Positions 12,781-27,600 of a DNA stretch of 64,000 nt are shown in pieces; the first letter of the stretch is position 1, and every line of letters begins with the position of its first letter. The position numbers and the translations under genes are program-made. Below the pieces are notes generated by a model, which worked only from the letters and a program-made list of their open reading frames with translations, was not told the origin of the DNA and made no database searches. Location: positions 170,934,001 to 170,998,000 of the forward strand of contig OZ024743.1 of the NCBI GenBank assembly GCA_964016885.1, read 5' to 3'. Origin of the DNA: Eledone cirrhosa (lineage: Eukaryota).

Positions 12781-15700
12781 ATCACAACTAATATATGACA
12801 ACTGTATCAACACCGTAGTCACAACTACTGTAAGACAACTGTATCAACACCACAGTCACAACTACAGTAAGACAACTGTATCAACACAATAGTCACAACG
12901 ACTATAAGCCCACTGTATCAACACCATAGTCACAACTACTGTAAGACCACTGTATCAACACCATAGTCACAACGTCTGTAATAGCACAGTATCAACACCA
13001 TAGTCACAACTACTATAAGACCACTGTATCAACACCACAGTCACAACTATTGTAAGACCACTGTATCAACACCACAGTCATAACTACTGTAAGACCACTG
13101 TATCTACACCATAGTCACAACTACTGTAAGACCACTGTATCAACACCATAGTCATAACTACTGTAAGACCACTGTATCAACACCATAGTCATAACTACCG
13201 TAAGACCACTGTATCAACACCATAGTCACAAGACCACTGTATCAACACCGTAGTCACAACTAATGTAAGACCACTGTATCAACACCACAGTCACAACGTC
13301 TGTAAGACCACTGTATCAACACAATAGTCACAACTACTATAAGGCCACTGTATCAACACCATAGTCACAACTACTGTAAGACCACTGTATCAACACCATA
13401 GTCACAACGTCTGTAATACCACTGTATCACCACCATAGTCACAACTATTGTAAGACCACTGTATCAACACCACAGTCACAACTACAGTAAGACAACTGTA
13501 TCAACACCATAGTCACAACTACTGTAAGACCACTGTATCAACACCATAGTCATAACTACTGTAAGACCATTGTATCACCAACATATTCACAACTACTGTA
13601 TGACCACTGTATCAACACCATAGTCATAACTACCGTAAGACAACTGTATCAACACCACAGTCATAACTACTGTAAGACCACTGTATCAACACCACAGTCA
13701 CAACTACAGTAAGACAACTGTATCAAAACCATAGTCACAACTACTGTAAACCACTGTATCAACACCATAGTCATAACTACTGTAAGACCACTGTAACAAC
13801 ACCACAATCACAACTACTGTAAGACCAATGTATCAACACCATAGTCACAACGTCTGTAAGACCACTGTATCAACACCACAGCCACAACTACTGTAAGACC
13901 AATGTATCAACACCATAGTCATAACTACTGTAAGACCACTGTATCAACACCACAGTCATAACTACCGTAAGACCACTGTATCAACACCATAGTCATAAGA
14001 CCACTGTATCAACACCATAGTCACAACGACTGTAAGACCATTGTATCAACACCATAGTTATAACTACAGTAAGACCACTTTATCAACACCACAGTCACAA
14101 CTAAAGTAAGACCACTGTATCAACACCATAGTCACAACTACTGTAAGACCACTGTATGAACACCATAGTCATAACTACCGTAAGACCACTGTATCAACAC
14201 CATAGTCATAACTACTGTAAGACCACTGTATCAACACCATAGTCACAACTACTGTAAGACCACTGTATCAACACCATTGTCACAACTACTGTAAGACCAC
14301 TGTATCAACACCACAGCCACAACTACTGTAAGACCACTGTATTAACACCACAGTCATAACTACTCTAAGACCACTGTATCAACACTACAGCCACAACTAC
14401 AGTAAGCCAACTGTATCAACAACATAATCACAACTACTGTAAGACCACGGTATCAACACCGTAGTCACAACTACTGTAAGACCACTGTATCAACACCACA
14501 GTCACAACGTCTGTAAGACTACTGAATCAACACCATAGTCACAACTACTGTAAGACAACTGTATCAACACCACAGTCACAACTACAGTAAGACCACTTTA
14601 TCAACACCATAGTCACCACTACTGTAAGACCACTGTATCAACACCATAGTCACAACTACTGTAAGACCACTATCAACACCATAGTCACAACTATTGTAAG
14701 AACACTGTATCAACACCACAGTCATACTGCTGTAAGACCACTGTATCAACACCACAGTCACAACTACTGTAAAACCACTGTATCAACACCACAGCCACAA
14801 CTACTGTAAGATCACTGTATCAACACCACAGCCACAACTACTGTAAGACCACTGTATCAACACCATAATCACAACTAATGTAAGACAACTCTATCAACAC
14901 CGTAGTCACAACTACTGTAAGACAACTGTATCAACACCACAGTCACAACTACAGTAAGACAACTGTATCAACACAATAGTCACAACGTCTGTAATAGCAC
15001 AGTATCAACACCATATTCACAACTACTATAAGACCACTGTATCAACTCCACAGTCACAACTACTGTAAGACCACTGTATCAACACCACAGTCATAACTAC
15101 TATAAGCCCACTGTATCAACACCATAGTCACAACTACTGTAAGACCACTGTATCAACACCATAGTCACAACGTCTGTAATAGCACAGTATCAACACCATA
15201 GTCACAACTACTATAAGACCACTGTATCAACACCACAGTCACAACTACTGTAAGACCACTGTATCAACACCACACTCATAACTACTGTAAGACCACTGTA
15301 TCCACACCATAGTCACAACTACTGTAAGACCACTGTATCAACACCATAGTCACAACTACTGTAAGACCACTGTATCAACACCACAGTCACAACTACTGTA
15401 AGACCACTGTATCAACACCACACTCACAACTACTGTAAGACCACTGTATCAACACCATAGTCATAACTACTGTAAGACCACTGTATCAACACCATAGTCA
15501 TAACTACCGTAAGACCACTGTATCGACACCATAGTCACAAGACAACTGTATCAACACCGTAGTCACAACTAATGTAAGACCACTGTATCAACACCACAGT
15601 CACAACGTCTGTAAGACCACTGTATCAACACAATAGTCACAACTACTATAAGGCCACTGTATCAACACCATAGTCACAACCACTGTAAGACCACTGTATC

Positions 15701-18700
15701 AACACCATAGTCACAACGTCTGTAATACCACTGTATCACCACCATAGTCACAACTATTGTAAGACCACTGTATCAACACCACAGTCACAACTACAGTAAG
15801 ACAACTGTATCAACACCATAGTCATAACTACTGTAAGACCATTGTATCACCAACATATTCACAACTACTGTATAACCACTGTATCAACACCATAGTCATA
15901 ACTACCGTAAGACAACTGTATCAACACCACAGTCATAACTACTGTAAGACCACTGTATCAACACCACAGTCACAACTACTATAAAACCACTGCATCAACA
16001 CCACAGCCACAACTACTGTAAGATCACTGTATCAACACCACAGGCACAACTACTGTAAGACCACTGTATCAACACCATAATCACAACTAATGTAAGACAA
16101 CTGTATCAACACCGTAGTCACAACTACTGTAAGACAACTGTATCAACACCACAGTCACAACTACAGTAAGACAACTGTATCAACACAATAGTCACAACTA
16201 CTATAAGCCCACTGTATCAACACCATAGTCACAACTACTGTAAGACCACTGTATCAACACCATAGTCACAACGTCTGTAATAGCACAGTATCAACACCAT
16301 AGTCACAACTACTATAAGACCAATGTATCAACACCATAGTCACAACGTCTGTAAGACCACTGTATCAACACCACAGCCACAACTACTGTAAGACCACTGT
16401 ATCAACACCATAGTCATAACTACTGTAAGACCACTGTATCAACACCACAGTCATAACTACCGTAAGACCACTGTATCAACACCATAGTCATAAGACCACT
16501 GTATCAACACCATAGTCACAACTACTGTAAGACCACTGTATCAACACTATATTCACAAATACTGTAAGACCACTGTATCAACACCACAGTCACAAATACA
16601 GTAAGACCTCTGTATCAACACCATAGTCACAACTACTGTAAGACCACTGTATCAACACCATAGTCACAACTAGTGTAAGACCTCTGTATCAACACCATAA
16701 TCACAACTACTGTAAGACCACAGTATCAACACCGTAGTCACAACTACAGTAAGACCACTGTATCAACACCACACTCACAACGTCTGTAAGACCACTGTAT
16801 CAACACAATAGTCACAACTACTATAAGCTCACTGTATCAACACCATAGTCACAACTACTGTAAGACCACTGTATCAACACCATAGTCACAACTACTGTAA
16901 GACCACTGTATGAACACCATAGTCACAACTACTGTAAGACCGCTGTATCAACACCACAGCCACAACTAGTGTCAGACCACTGTATCAACACCACAGTAAT
17001 AACTACTCTAAGACCACTGTATCAACACCACAGCCACAACTACTGTAAGCCAACTGTATCAACAACATAATCACAACTACTGTAAGACCACTGTATCAAC
17101 ACCACAGTCACAACGTCTGTAAGACCACTGAATCAACACCATAGTCACAACTACTGTAAGACCACTGTATCAACACCATAGTCACAACTACTGTAAGAAC
17201 ACTGTATCAACACCACAGTCATAACTACAGTAAGACAACTGTATCAACACAATAGTCACAACTACTGTAAGACCACTGTATCAACACCACAGTCACAACT
17301 ACTGTAAGACCACTGTATCAACACCACACTCACAACTACTGTAAGACCACTGTATCAACACCATAGTCATAACTACTGTAAGACCACTGTATCCACACCA
17401 TAGTCATAACTACCGTAAGACCACTGTATCAACACCATAGTCACAAGACCACTGTATCAACACCGTAGTCACAACTAATGTAAGACCACTGTATCAACAC
17501 CACAGTCACAGCGTCTGCAAGACCACTGTATCAACACAAGAGTCACAACTACTATAAGGCCACTGTATCAACACCATAGTCACAACTACTGTAAGACCAC
17601 TGTATCAACACCATAGTCACAACGTCTGTAATACCACTGTATTACCACCATAGTCACAACTATTGTAAGACCACTGTATCAACACCACAGTCACAACTAC
17701 AGTAAGACAACTGTATCAACACCATAGTCACAACTACTGTAAGACCACTGTATCAACACCATAGTCATAACTACTGTAAGACCATTGTATCACCAACATA
17801 TTCACAGCTACTGTATGACCACTGTATCAACACCATAGTCATAACTACCGTAAGACAACTGTATCAACACCACAGTCACAACTACAGTAAGACAACTGTA
17901 TCAAAACCATAGTCACAACTACTGTAAACCACTGTATCAACACCATAGTCACAACTTCTCTAAGACCACTGTATCAACACCATAGTCATAACTACTGTAA
18001 GACCACTGTATCAACACCACAGTCACAACTACTGTAAGACCACTGTATCAACACCATAGTCACAACGTCCGTAAGACCACTGTATCAACACCACAGCCAC
18101 AACTACTGTAAGACCACTGTATCAACACCACAGTCATAACTACGGTAAGACCACTGTATCAACACCATAGTCACAACTACTGTAAGACCACTGTATCAAC
18201 ACCATAGTCACAACTAGTGTAAGACCTCTGTATCAACACCATAATCACAACTACTGTAAGACCACAGTATCAACACCGTAGTCACAACTACAGTAAGACC
18301 ACTGTATCAACACCACACTCACAACGTCTGTAAGACCACTGTATCAACACAATAGTCACAACTACTATAAGCTCACTGTATCAACACCATAGTCACAACT
18401 ACTGTAAGACCACTGTATCAACACCATAGTCACAACTACTGTAAGACCACTGTATCAACACCATAGTCACAACGTCTGTAAGACCACTGTATCAACACCA
18501 CAGCCACAACTACTGTAAGACCACTGTATCAACACCACAGTCATAACTACGGTAAGACCACTGTATCAACACCATAGTCATAAGACCACTGTATCAACAC
18601 CATAGTCACAACTACTGTAAGACCATTGTATCAACACCATAGTTATAACTACAGTAAGACCACTGTATCAACACCACAGTCACAACTAAAGTAAGACCAC

Positions 18701-20769
18701 TGTGTCAACACCATAGTCACAACTACTGTAAGACCACTGTATGAACACCATAGTCATAACTACCGTAAGACCACTGTATCAACACCATAGTCATAACTAC
18801 TGTAAGACCAATGTATAAAAACCATAGTCACAACTACTGTAAGACCACTGTATCAACACCATTGTCACAACTACTGTAAGACCACTGTATCAACACCACA
18901 GCCACAACTACTGTAAGACCACTGTATCAACACCACAGTCATAACTACTCTAAGACCACTGTATCAACACTACAGCCACAACTACTGTAAGCCAACTGTA
19001 TCAACAACATAATCACAACTACTGTAACAACACGGTATCAACACCGTAGTCACAACTACTGTAAGACCACTGTATCAACACCACAGTCACAACGTCTGTA
19101 AGACTACTGAATCAACACCATAGTCACAACTACTGTAAGTCCACTGTATCAACACCACAGTCACAACTACAGTAAGACCACTTTATCAACACCATAGTCA
19201 CTACTACTGTAAGACCACTGTATCAACACCATAGTCACAACTACTGTAAGACCACTATCAACACCATAGTCACAACTATTGTAAGAACACTGTATCAACA
19301 ACACAGTCATAACTACCGTAAGACCACTGTATCAACACCACAGTCACAACTACTGTAAAACCACTGTATCAACACCACAGCCACAACTACTGTAAGATCA
19401 CTGTATCAACACCACAGCCACAACTACTGTAAGACCACTGTATCAACACCATAATCACAACTAATGTAAGACAACTGTATCAACACCGTAGTCACAACTA
19501 CTGTAAGACAACTGTATCAACACAATAGTCACAACTACTATAAGCCCACTGTATCAACACCATAGTCACAACTACTGTAAGACCACTGTATCAACACCAT
19601 AGTCACAACGTCTGTAATAGCACAGTATCAACACCTTAGTCACAACTACTATAAGACCACTGTATCAACACCACAGTCACAACTACTGTAAGACCACTGT
19701 ATCAACACCACAGTCATAACTACTGTAAGACCACTGTATCCACACCATAGTCACAACTACCGTAAGACCACTGTATCAACACCATAGTCACAACTACTGT
19801 AAGACCACTGTATCAACACCACAGTCACAACTACTGTAAGACCACTGTATCAACACCACACTCACAACTACTGTAAGACCACCGTATCAACACCATAGTC
19901 ATAACTACTGTAAGACCACTGTATCAACACCATTGTCATAACTACCGTAAGACCACTGTATCAACACCGTAGTCACAACTAATGTAAGACCACTGTATCA
20001 ACACCACAGTCACAACGTCTGTAAGACCACTGTATCAACACAATAGTCACAACTACTATAAGGCCAGTGTATCAAAACACCATAGTCACAACTACTGTAA
20101 GACCACTGTATCAACACCATAGTCACAACGTCTGTAATACCACTGTATCACCACCATAGTCACAACTATTGTAAGACCACTGTATCAACACCACAGTCAC
20201 AACTACAGTAAGACAACTGTATCAACACCATAGTCACAACTACTGTAATACCACTGTATCAACACCATAGTCATAACTACTGTAAGACCATTGTATCACC
20301 AACATTTTCACAACTACTGTATGACCACTGTATCAACACCATAGTCATAACTACCGTAAGACAACTGTATCAACACCACAGTCATAACTACTGTAAGACC
20401 ACTGTATCAACACCACAGCCACAACTACTGTAAGATCACTGTATCAACACCACAGGCACAACTACTGTAAGACCATTGTATCAACACCATAATCGCAACT
20501 AATGTAAGACAACTGTATCAACACCGTAGTCACAACTACTGTAAGACAACTGTATCAACACCACAGTCACAACTACAGTAAGACAACTGTATCAACACAA
20601 TAGTCACAACTACTATAAGCCCACTGTATCAACACCATAGTCACAACTACTGTAAGACCACTGTATCAACACCATAGTCACAACGTCTGTAATAGCACAG
20701 TATCAACACCACAGTCACAACTACAGTAAGACAACTGTATCAACACCACAGTCATAACTACTGTAAGAC

Positions 20770-23700
20770 CACTGTATCAACACCACAATCACAACTACTG
20801 TAAGCCCACTGTATCAACACCATAGTCACAACTACTGTAAGACCACTGTATCCACACCATAGTCATAACTACTGTAAGACCACTGTATCAACACCATAGT
20901 CACAACTACTGTAAGACCACTGTATCAACACCATAGTCATAACTACCGTAAGACCACTGTATCAACACCAAAGTCATAAGACCACTGTATCAAAACAATA
21001 GTCACGACTACTGTAAGACCACTGTATCAACACCATAGTCAGAACTACTGTAAGACCACTGTATCAACACCATAGTCACAACTACTGTAAGACCACTGTA
21101 TCAACACCATAGTCACAACTACTGTAAGAACACTGTATCAACACCACAGTCATAACTACTGTAAGACCACTGTATCAACACCACAGTCACAACTAGTGTA
21201 AGACCACCGTATCAACACCACAGTCACAACTACTGTAAGACCACTGTATCAACACCATAATCACAACTACTGTAAGACCACGGTATCAACACCGTAGTCA
21301 GAACTACTGTAAGAACACTGTATCAACACCACAGTCACAACGTCTGTAAGACCACTGAATCAACACCATAGTCACAACTACTGTAAGACCACTGTATCAA
21401 CAACACAGTCACAACTACTCTAAGACCACTGTATCAACACCACAGTCACAACTACTGTAAGACCACTGTATCAACACCACAGTCATAACTACTGTAAGAC
21501 CACTGTATCCACACCATAGTCACAACTACTGTAAGACCACTGTATCAACACCAGATTCAAAACTACTGTAAGACCACTGTATCAACACCACAGTCACAAC
21601 TACTGTAAGACTACTGTATCAACACCACACTCACAACTACTCTAAGACCACTGTATCAACACGACAGTCACAACTACTGTAAGCCCACCGTATCAACACC
21701 ATAGTCATAACTACTGTAAGACCAGTGTATCAACACCATAGTCATAACTACCGTAAGACCACTGTATCAACACCATGGTCACAACTACTGTAAGACCACT
21801 GTATCAACACCACAGTCACAACTACTGTAAGACCACTGTATCAACAGCATAGTCACAACTATTGTAAGACCACTGTATCAACACCACACTCACAACTACA
21901 GTAAGACCACTTTATCAACACCATAGTCACAACTACTGTAAGACAACTGTATCAACACCATAGTCACAACTACTGTAAGACCACTGTATCAACACCATAG
22001 TCACAACTACTGTAAGAGCACTGTATCAACACCACAGTCACAACTACTGTAAGACCACTGTATCAACAACACAGTCACAACTACTCTAAGACCACTGTAT
22101 CAACAACACAGCCACATCAACTATAAGATCACCGTATCAACACCACAGCCACAACTACTGTAAGACCACTGTATCAACACCATAATCACAACTACTATAA
22201 GCCCACTGTATCAACACCATAGTCACAACTACTGTAAAACCACTGAATCAACACCATAGTCACAACGTCTGTAATACGACAGTATCAACACCATAGTCAC
22301 AAATATTGTAAGACCACTGTATCAACACCACAGTCACAACTACTGTAAGACCACTGTATCAACACCACAGTCATAACTACTGTAAGACCACTGTATCCAC
22401 ACCATAGTCACAACTACTGTAAGACCACTGTATCAACACCATAGTCATAACGTCTGTAATACGACAGTATCAACACCATAGTCACAACTATTGTAAGACC
22501 ACTGTATCAACACCACAGTCATAACTACTTTAAGACCACTGTATCCACACCATAGTCACATCTACTGTAAGACCACTGTATCAACACCACAATCACAACT
22601 ACTGTAAGCCCACTGTATCAACACCATAGTCACAACTACTGTAAGACCACTGTATCCACACCATAGTCATAACTACTGTAAGACCACTGTATCAACACCA
22701 TAGTCACAACTACTGTAAGACCACTGTATCAACACCATAGTCATAACTACCGTAAGACCACTGTATCAACACCAAAGTCATAAGACCACTGTATCAAAAC
22801 AATAGTCACGACTACTGTAAGACCACTGTATCAACACCATAGTCAGAACTACTGTAAGACCACTGTATCAACACCATAGTCACAACTACTGTAAGACCAC
22901 TGTATCAACACCATAGTCACAACTACTGTAAGAACACTGTATCAACACCACAGTCATAACTACTGTAAGACCACTGTATCAACACCACAGTCACAACTAG
23001 TGTAAGACCACCGTATCAACACCACAGTCACAACTACTGTAAGACCACTGTATCAACACCATAATCACAACTACTGTAAGACCACGGTATCAACACCGTA
23101 GTCAGAACTACTGTAAGAACACTGTATCAACACCACAGTCACAACGTCTGTAAGACCACTGAATCAACACCATAGTCACAACTACTGTAAGACCACTGTA
23201 TCAACAACACAGTCACAACTACTCTAAGACCACTGTATCAACACCACAGTCACAACTACTGTAAGACCACTGTATCAACACCACAGTCATAACTACTGTA
23301 AGACCACTGTATCCACACCATAGTCACAACTACTGTAAGACCACTGTATCAACACCAGATTCAAAACTACTGTAAGACCACTGTATCAACACCACAGTCA
23401 CAACTACTGTAAGACTACTGTATCAACACCACACTCACAACTACTCTGAGACCACTGTATCAACACGACAGTCACAACTACTGTAAGCCCACCGTATCAA
23501 CACCATAGTCATAACTACTGTAAGACCAGTGTATCAACACCATAGTCATAACTACCGTAAGACCACTGTATCAACACCATGGTCACAACTACTGTAAGAC
23601 CACTGTATCAACACCACAGTCACAACTACTGTAAGACCACTGTATCAACAGCATAGTCACAACTATTGTAAGACCACTGTATCAACACCACAGTCACAAC

Positions 23701-24380
23701 TACAGTAAGACCACTTTATCAACACCATAGTCACAACTACTGTAAGACAACTGTATCAACACCATAGTCACAACTACTGTAAGACCACTGTATCAACACC
23801 ATAGTCACAACTACTGTAAGAGCACTGTATCAACACCACAGTCACAACTACTGTAAGACCACTGTATCAACAACACAGTCACAACTACTCTAAGACCACT
23901 GTATCAACAACACAGCCACAACAACTATAAGATCACCGTATCAACACCACAACCACAACTACTGTAAGACCACTGTATCAACACCATAATCACAACTACT
24001 ATAAGCCCACTGTATCAACACCATAGTCACAACTACTGTAAAACCACTGAATCAACACCATAGTCACAACGTCTGTAATACGACAGTATCAACACCATAG
24101 TCACAAATATTGTAAGACCACTGTATCAACACCACAGTCACAACTACTGTAAGACCACTGTATCAACACCACAGTCATAACTACTGTAAGACCACTGTAT
24201 CCACACCATAGTCACAACTACTGTAAGACCACTGTATCAACACCATAGTCATAACGTCTGTAATACGACAGTATCAACACCATAGTCACAACTATTGTAA
24301 GACCACTGTATCAACACCACAGTCATAACTACTTTAAGACCACTGTATCCACACCATAGTCACATCTACTGTAAGACCAC
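20770..24380. repeat. 1804-bp (49-monomer) tandem duplication
   Basis: ACCAAAGTC at 20967/22771 and CCAGATTCAAAACT at 21551/23355, both offset 1804 = 48x37 + 28. Confidence 0.9.
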
Positions 24381-24657
24381 TGTATCAACACCATAGTCAC
24401 AACTACTGTAAGAGCACTGTATCAACACCACAGTCACAACTACTGTAAGACCACTGTATCAACAACACAGTCACAACTACTCTAAGACCACTGTATCAAC
24501 ACCACAGTCACAACTACTGTAAGACCACTGTATCAACACCACAGTCATAACTACCTTAAGACCACTGTATCAACACCGTAGTCATAAGACCACTGTATCA
24601 AAACCATAGTCACAACTACTGTATGACCATTGTATCAACACCACAGTCACAACTACT

Positions 24658-24671
24658 GTAAGAGGTAAGAC
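24658..24671. repeat. 7-bp insertion creating a 44-bp monomer (7 copies seen)
   Basis: GTAAGAGGTAAGA at 24658, 28154, 35221; GTAAGCGGTAAGA at 49514; GTAAGATGTAAGA at 55109, 56476, 61119. Confidence 0.93.
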
Positions 24672-27600
24672 CACTGTATCAACACCACACTCACAAATAC
24701 TGTAAGACCACTGTATCAACACCACAATCACAACTACTGTAAGCCCACTGTATCAACACCATAGTCAGAACTACTGTAAGACCACTGTATCCACAACATA
24801 GTCATAACTACTGTAAGACCACTGTTTCAACACCATAGTCACAACTACTGTAAGACCACTGTATCAACACCATAGTCATAACTACCGTAAGACCACTGTA
24901 TCAACACCACAGTCATAAGACCACTGTATCAAAACAATAGTCACGACTACTGTAAGACCACTGTATCAACACCATAGTCAGAACTACTGTAAGACCACTG
25001 TATCAACACCATAGTCACAACTACTGTAAGACCACTGTATCAAAACCATAGTCACAACTACTGTAAGAACACTGTATCAACACCACAGTCATAACTACTG
25101 TAAGACCACTGTATCAACACCACAGTCACAACTGCTGTAAGACCAATGTATCAACACCACAGTCACAACTACTGTATGACCACTGTATCGACACCATAAT
25201 CACAACTACTGTAAGACCACGGTATCAACACCGTAGTCAGAACTACTGTAAGACCACTGTATCAACACCACAGTCACAACGTCTGTAAGACCACTGAATC
25301 AACACCATAGCCACAACTACTGTAAGACCACTGTATGAACAACACAGTCACAACTACTCTAAGACCACTGTATCAACACCACAGTCACAACTACTGTAAG
25401 ACCACTGTATCAACACCACAGTCATAACTACTGTAAGACCACTGTATCCACACCATAGTCACAACTACTGTAAGACCACTGTATCAACACCAGATTCACA
25501 ACTACTGTAAGACCACTGTATCAACACCACAGTCACAACTACTGTAAGACCACTGTATCAACACCTCACTCACAACTACTCTAAGACCACTGTATCAACA
25601 CCACAGTCACAACTACTGTAAGCCCACCGTATCAACACCATAGTCATAACTACTGTAAGACCAGTGTATCAACACCATAGTCATAACTACCGTAAGACCA
25701 CTGTATCAACACCATAGTCATAAGACCATTGTATCAACACCATGGTCACAACTACTGTAAGACCACTGTATCAACACCATAATCACAACTACTATAAACC
25801 CACTGTATCAACACCATAGTCACAACTACCGTAAGACCACTGTATCAACACCGTAGTCATAAGACCACTGTATCAAAACCATAGTCACAACAACTGTTAG
25901 ACCATTGTATCAACACCATAGTCAGAACTACCGTAAGACCACTGTATCAACACCGTAGTCATAAGACCACTGTATCAAAACCATAGTCACAACTACTGTT
26001 AGACCATTGTATCAACACCACAGTCACAACTACTGTAAGACCACTGTATCAACACCACACTCACAACTACTGTAAGACCACTGTATCAACACCACAATCA
26101 CAACTACTGTAAGCCCACTGTATCAACACCATAGTCACAACTACTGTAAGACCACTGTATCCACACCATAGTCATAACTACTGTAAGACCACTGTATCAA
26201 CACCATAGTCACAACTACTGTAAGACCACTGTATCAACACCATAGTCATAACTACCGTAAGACCACTGTATCAACACCAAAGTCATAAGACCACTGTATC
26301 AAAACAATAGTCACGACTACTGTAAGACCACTGTATCAACACCATAGTCAGAACAACTGTAAGACCACTGTAGCAACACCATAGTCACAACTACTGTAAG
26401 ACCACAGTATCAACACCATAGTCACAACTAGTGTAAGAACACTGTATCAACACCACAGTCATAACTACTGTAAGACCACTGTATCAACACCACAGTCACA
26501 ACTACTGTAAGACCACTGTATCAACACCACAGTCACAACTATTGTAAGACCACTGTATCAACACCATAATCACAACTACTGTAAGACCACGGTATCAACA
26601 CCGTAGTCAGAACTACTGTAAGAACACTGTATCAACACCACAGTCACAACGTCTGTAAGACCACTGAATCAACACCATACTCACAACTACTGTAAGACGA
26701 CTGTATCAACAACACAGTCACAACTACTCTAAGACCACTGTATCAACGCCACAGTCACAACTACTGTAAGACCACTGTATCAACACCACAGTCATAACTA
26801 CTGTAAGACCACTGTATCCACACCATAGTCACAACTACTGTAAGACCACTGTATCAACACCAGATTCACAACTACTGTAAGACCACTGTATCAACACCAC
26901 ACTCACAACTACTGTAAGACTACTGTATCAACACCACACTCACAACTACTCTAAGACCACTGTATAAACACGACAGTCACAACTACTGTAAGCCCACCGT
27001 ATCAACACCATAGTCATAACTACTGTAAGACCAGTGTATCAACACCATAGTCATAACTACCGTAAGACCACTGTATCAACACCATAGTCATAAGACCACT
27101 GTATCAACACCATGGTCACAACTACTGTAAGACCACTGTATCAACACAACAGTCACAACTACTGTAAGACCACTGTATCAACAGCATAGTCACAACTATT
27201 GTAAGACCACTGTATCAACACCACAGTCACAACTACAGTAAGACCACTTTATCAACACCATAGTCACAACTACTGTAAGACAACTGTATCAACACCATAG
27301 TCACAACTACTGTAAGACCACTGTATCAACACCATAGTCACAAGTACTGTAAGAACACTGTATCAACACCACAGTCATAACTACTGTAAGACCACTATAT
27401 CAACACCACAGTCACAACTACTGTAAGACCACTGTATCAACACCACAGCCACAACTACTGTAAGACCACTGTATCAACATCACAGCCACAACAACTATAA
27501 GATCACCGTATCAACACCACAGCCACAACTACTGTAAGACCACTGTATCAACACCATAATCACAACTACTATAAGCCCACTGTATCAACACCATAGTCAC

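Larger units (their letters stand above)
1..20750. repeat. Left sub-array (variant family L) with an irregular ~2-kb higher-order repeat
   Basis: Variants seen only here: AATAGCACAG (e.g. 1418, 3176, last at 20691), TATCACCAACAT (e.g. ~430, ~20295), GTAAGACATC (1231, 4833, 7032, 10631) and the 35-bp monomer ACCACTATCAAC (6821, 12582, 14670, 19255). Confidence 0.85.
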
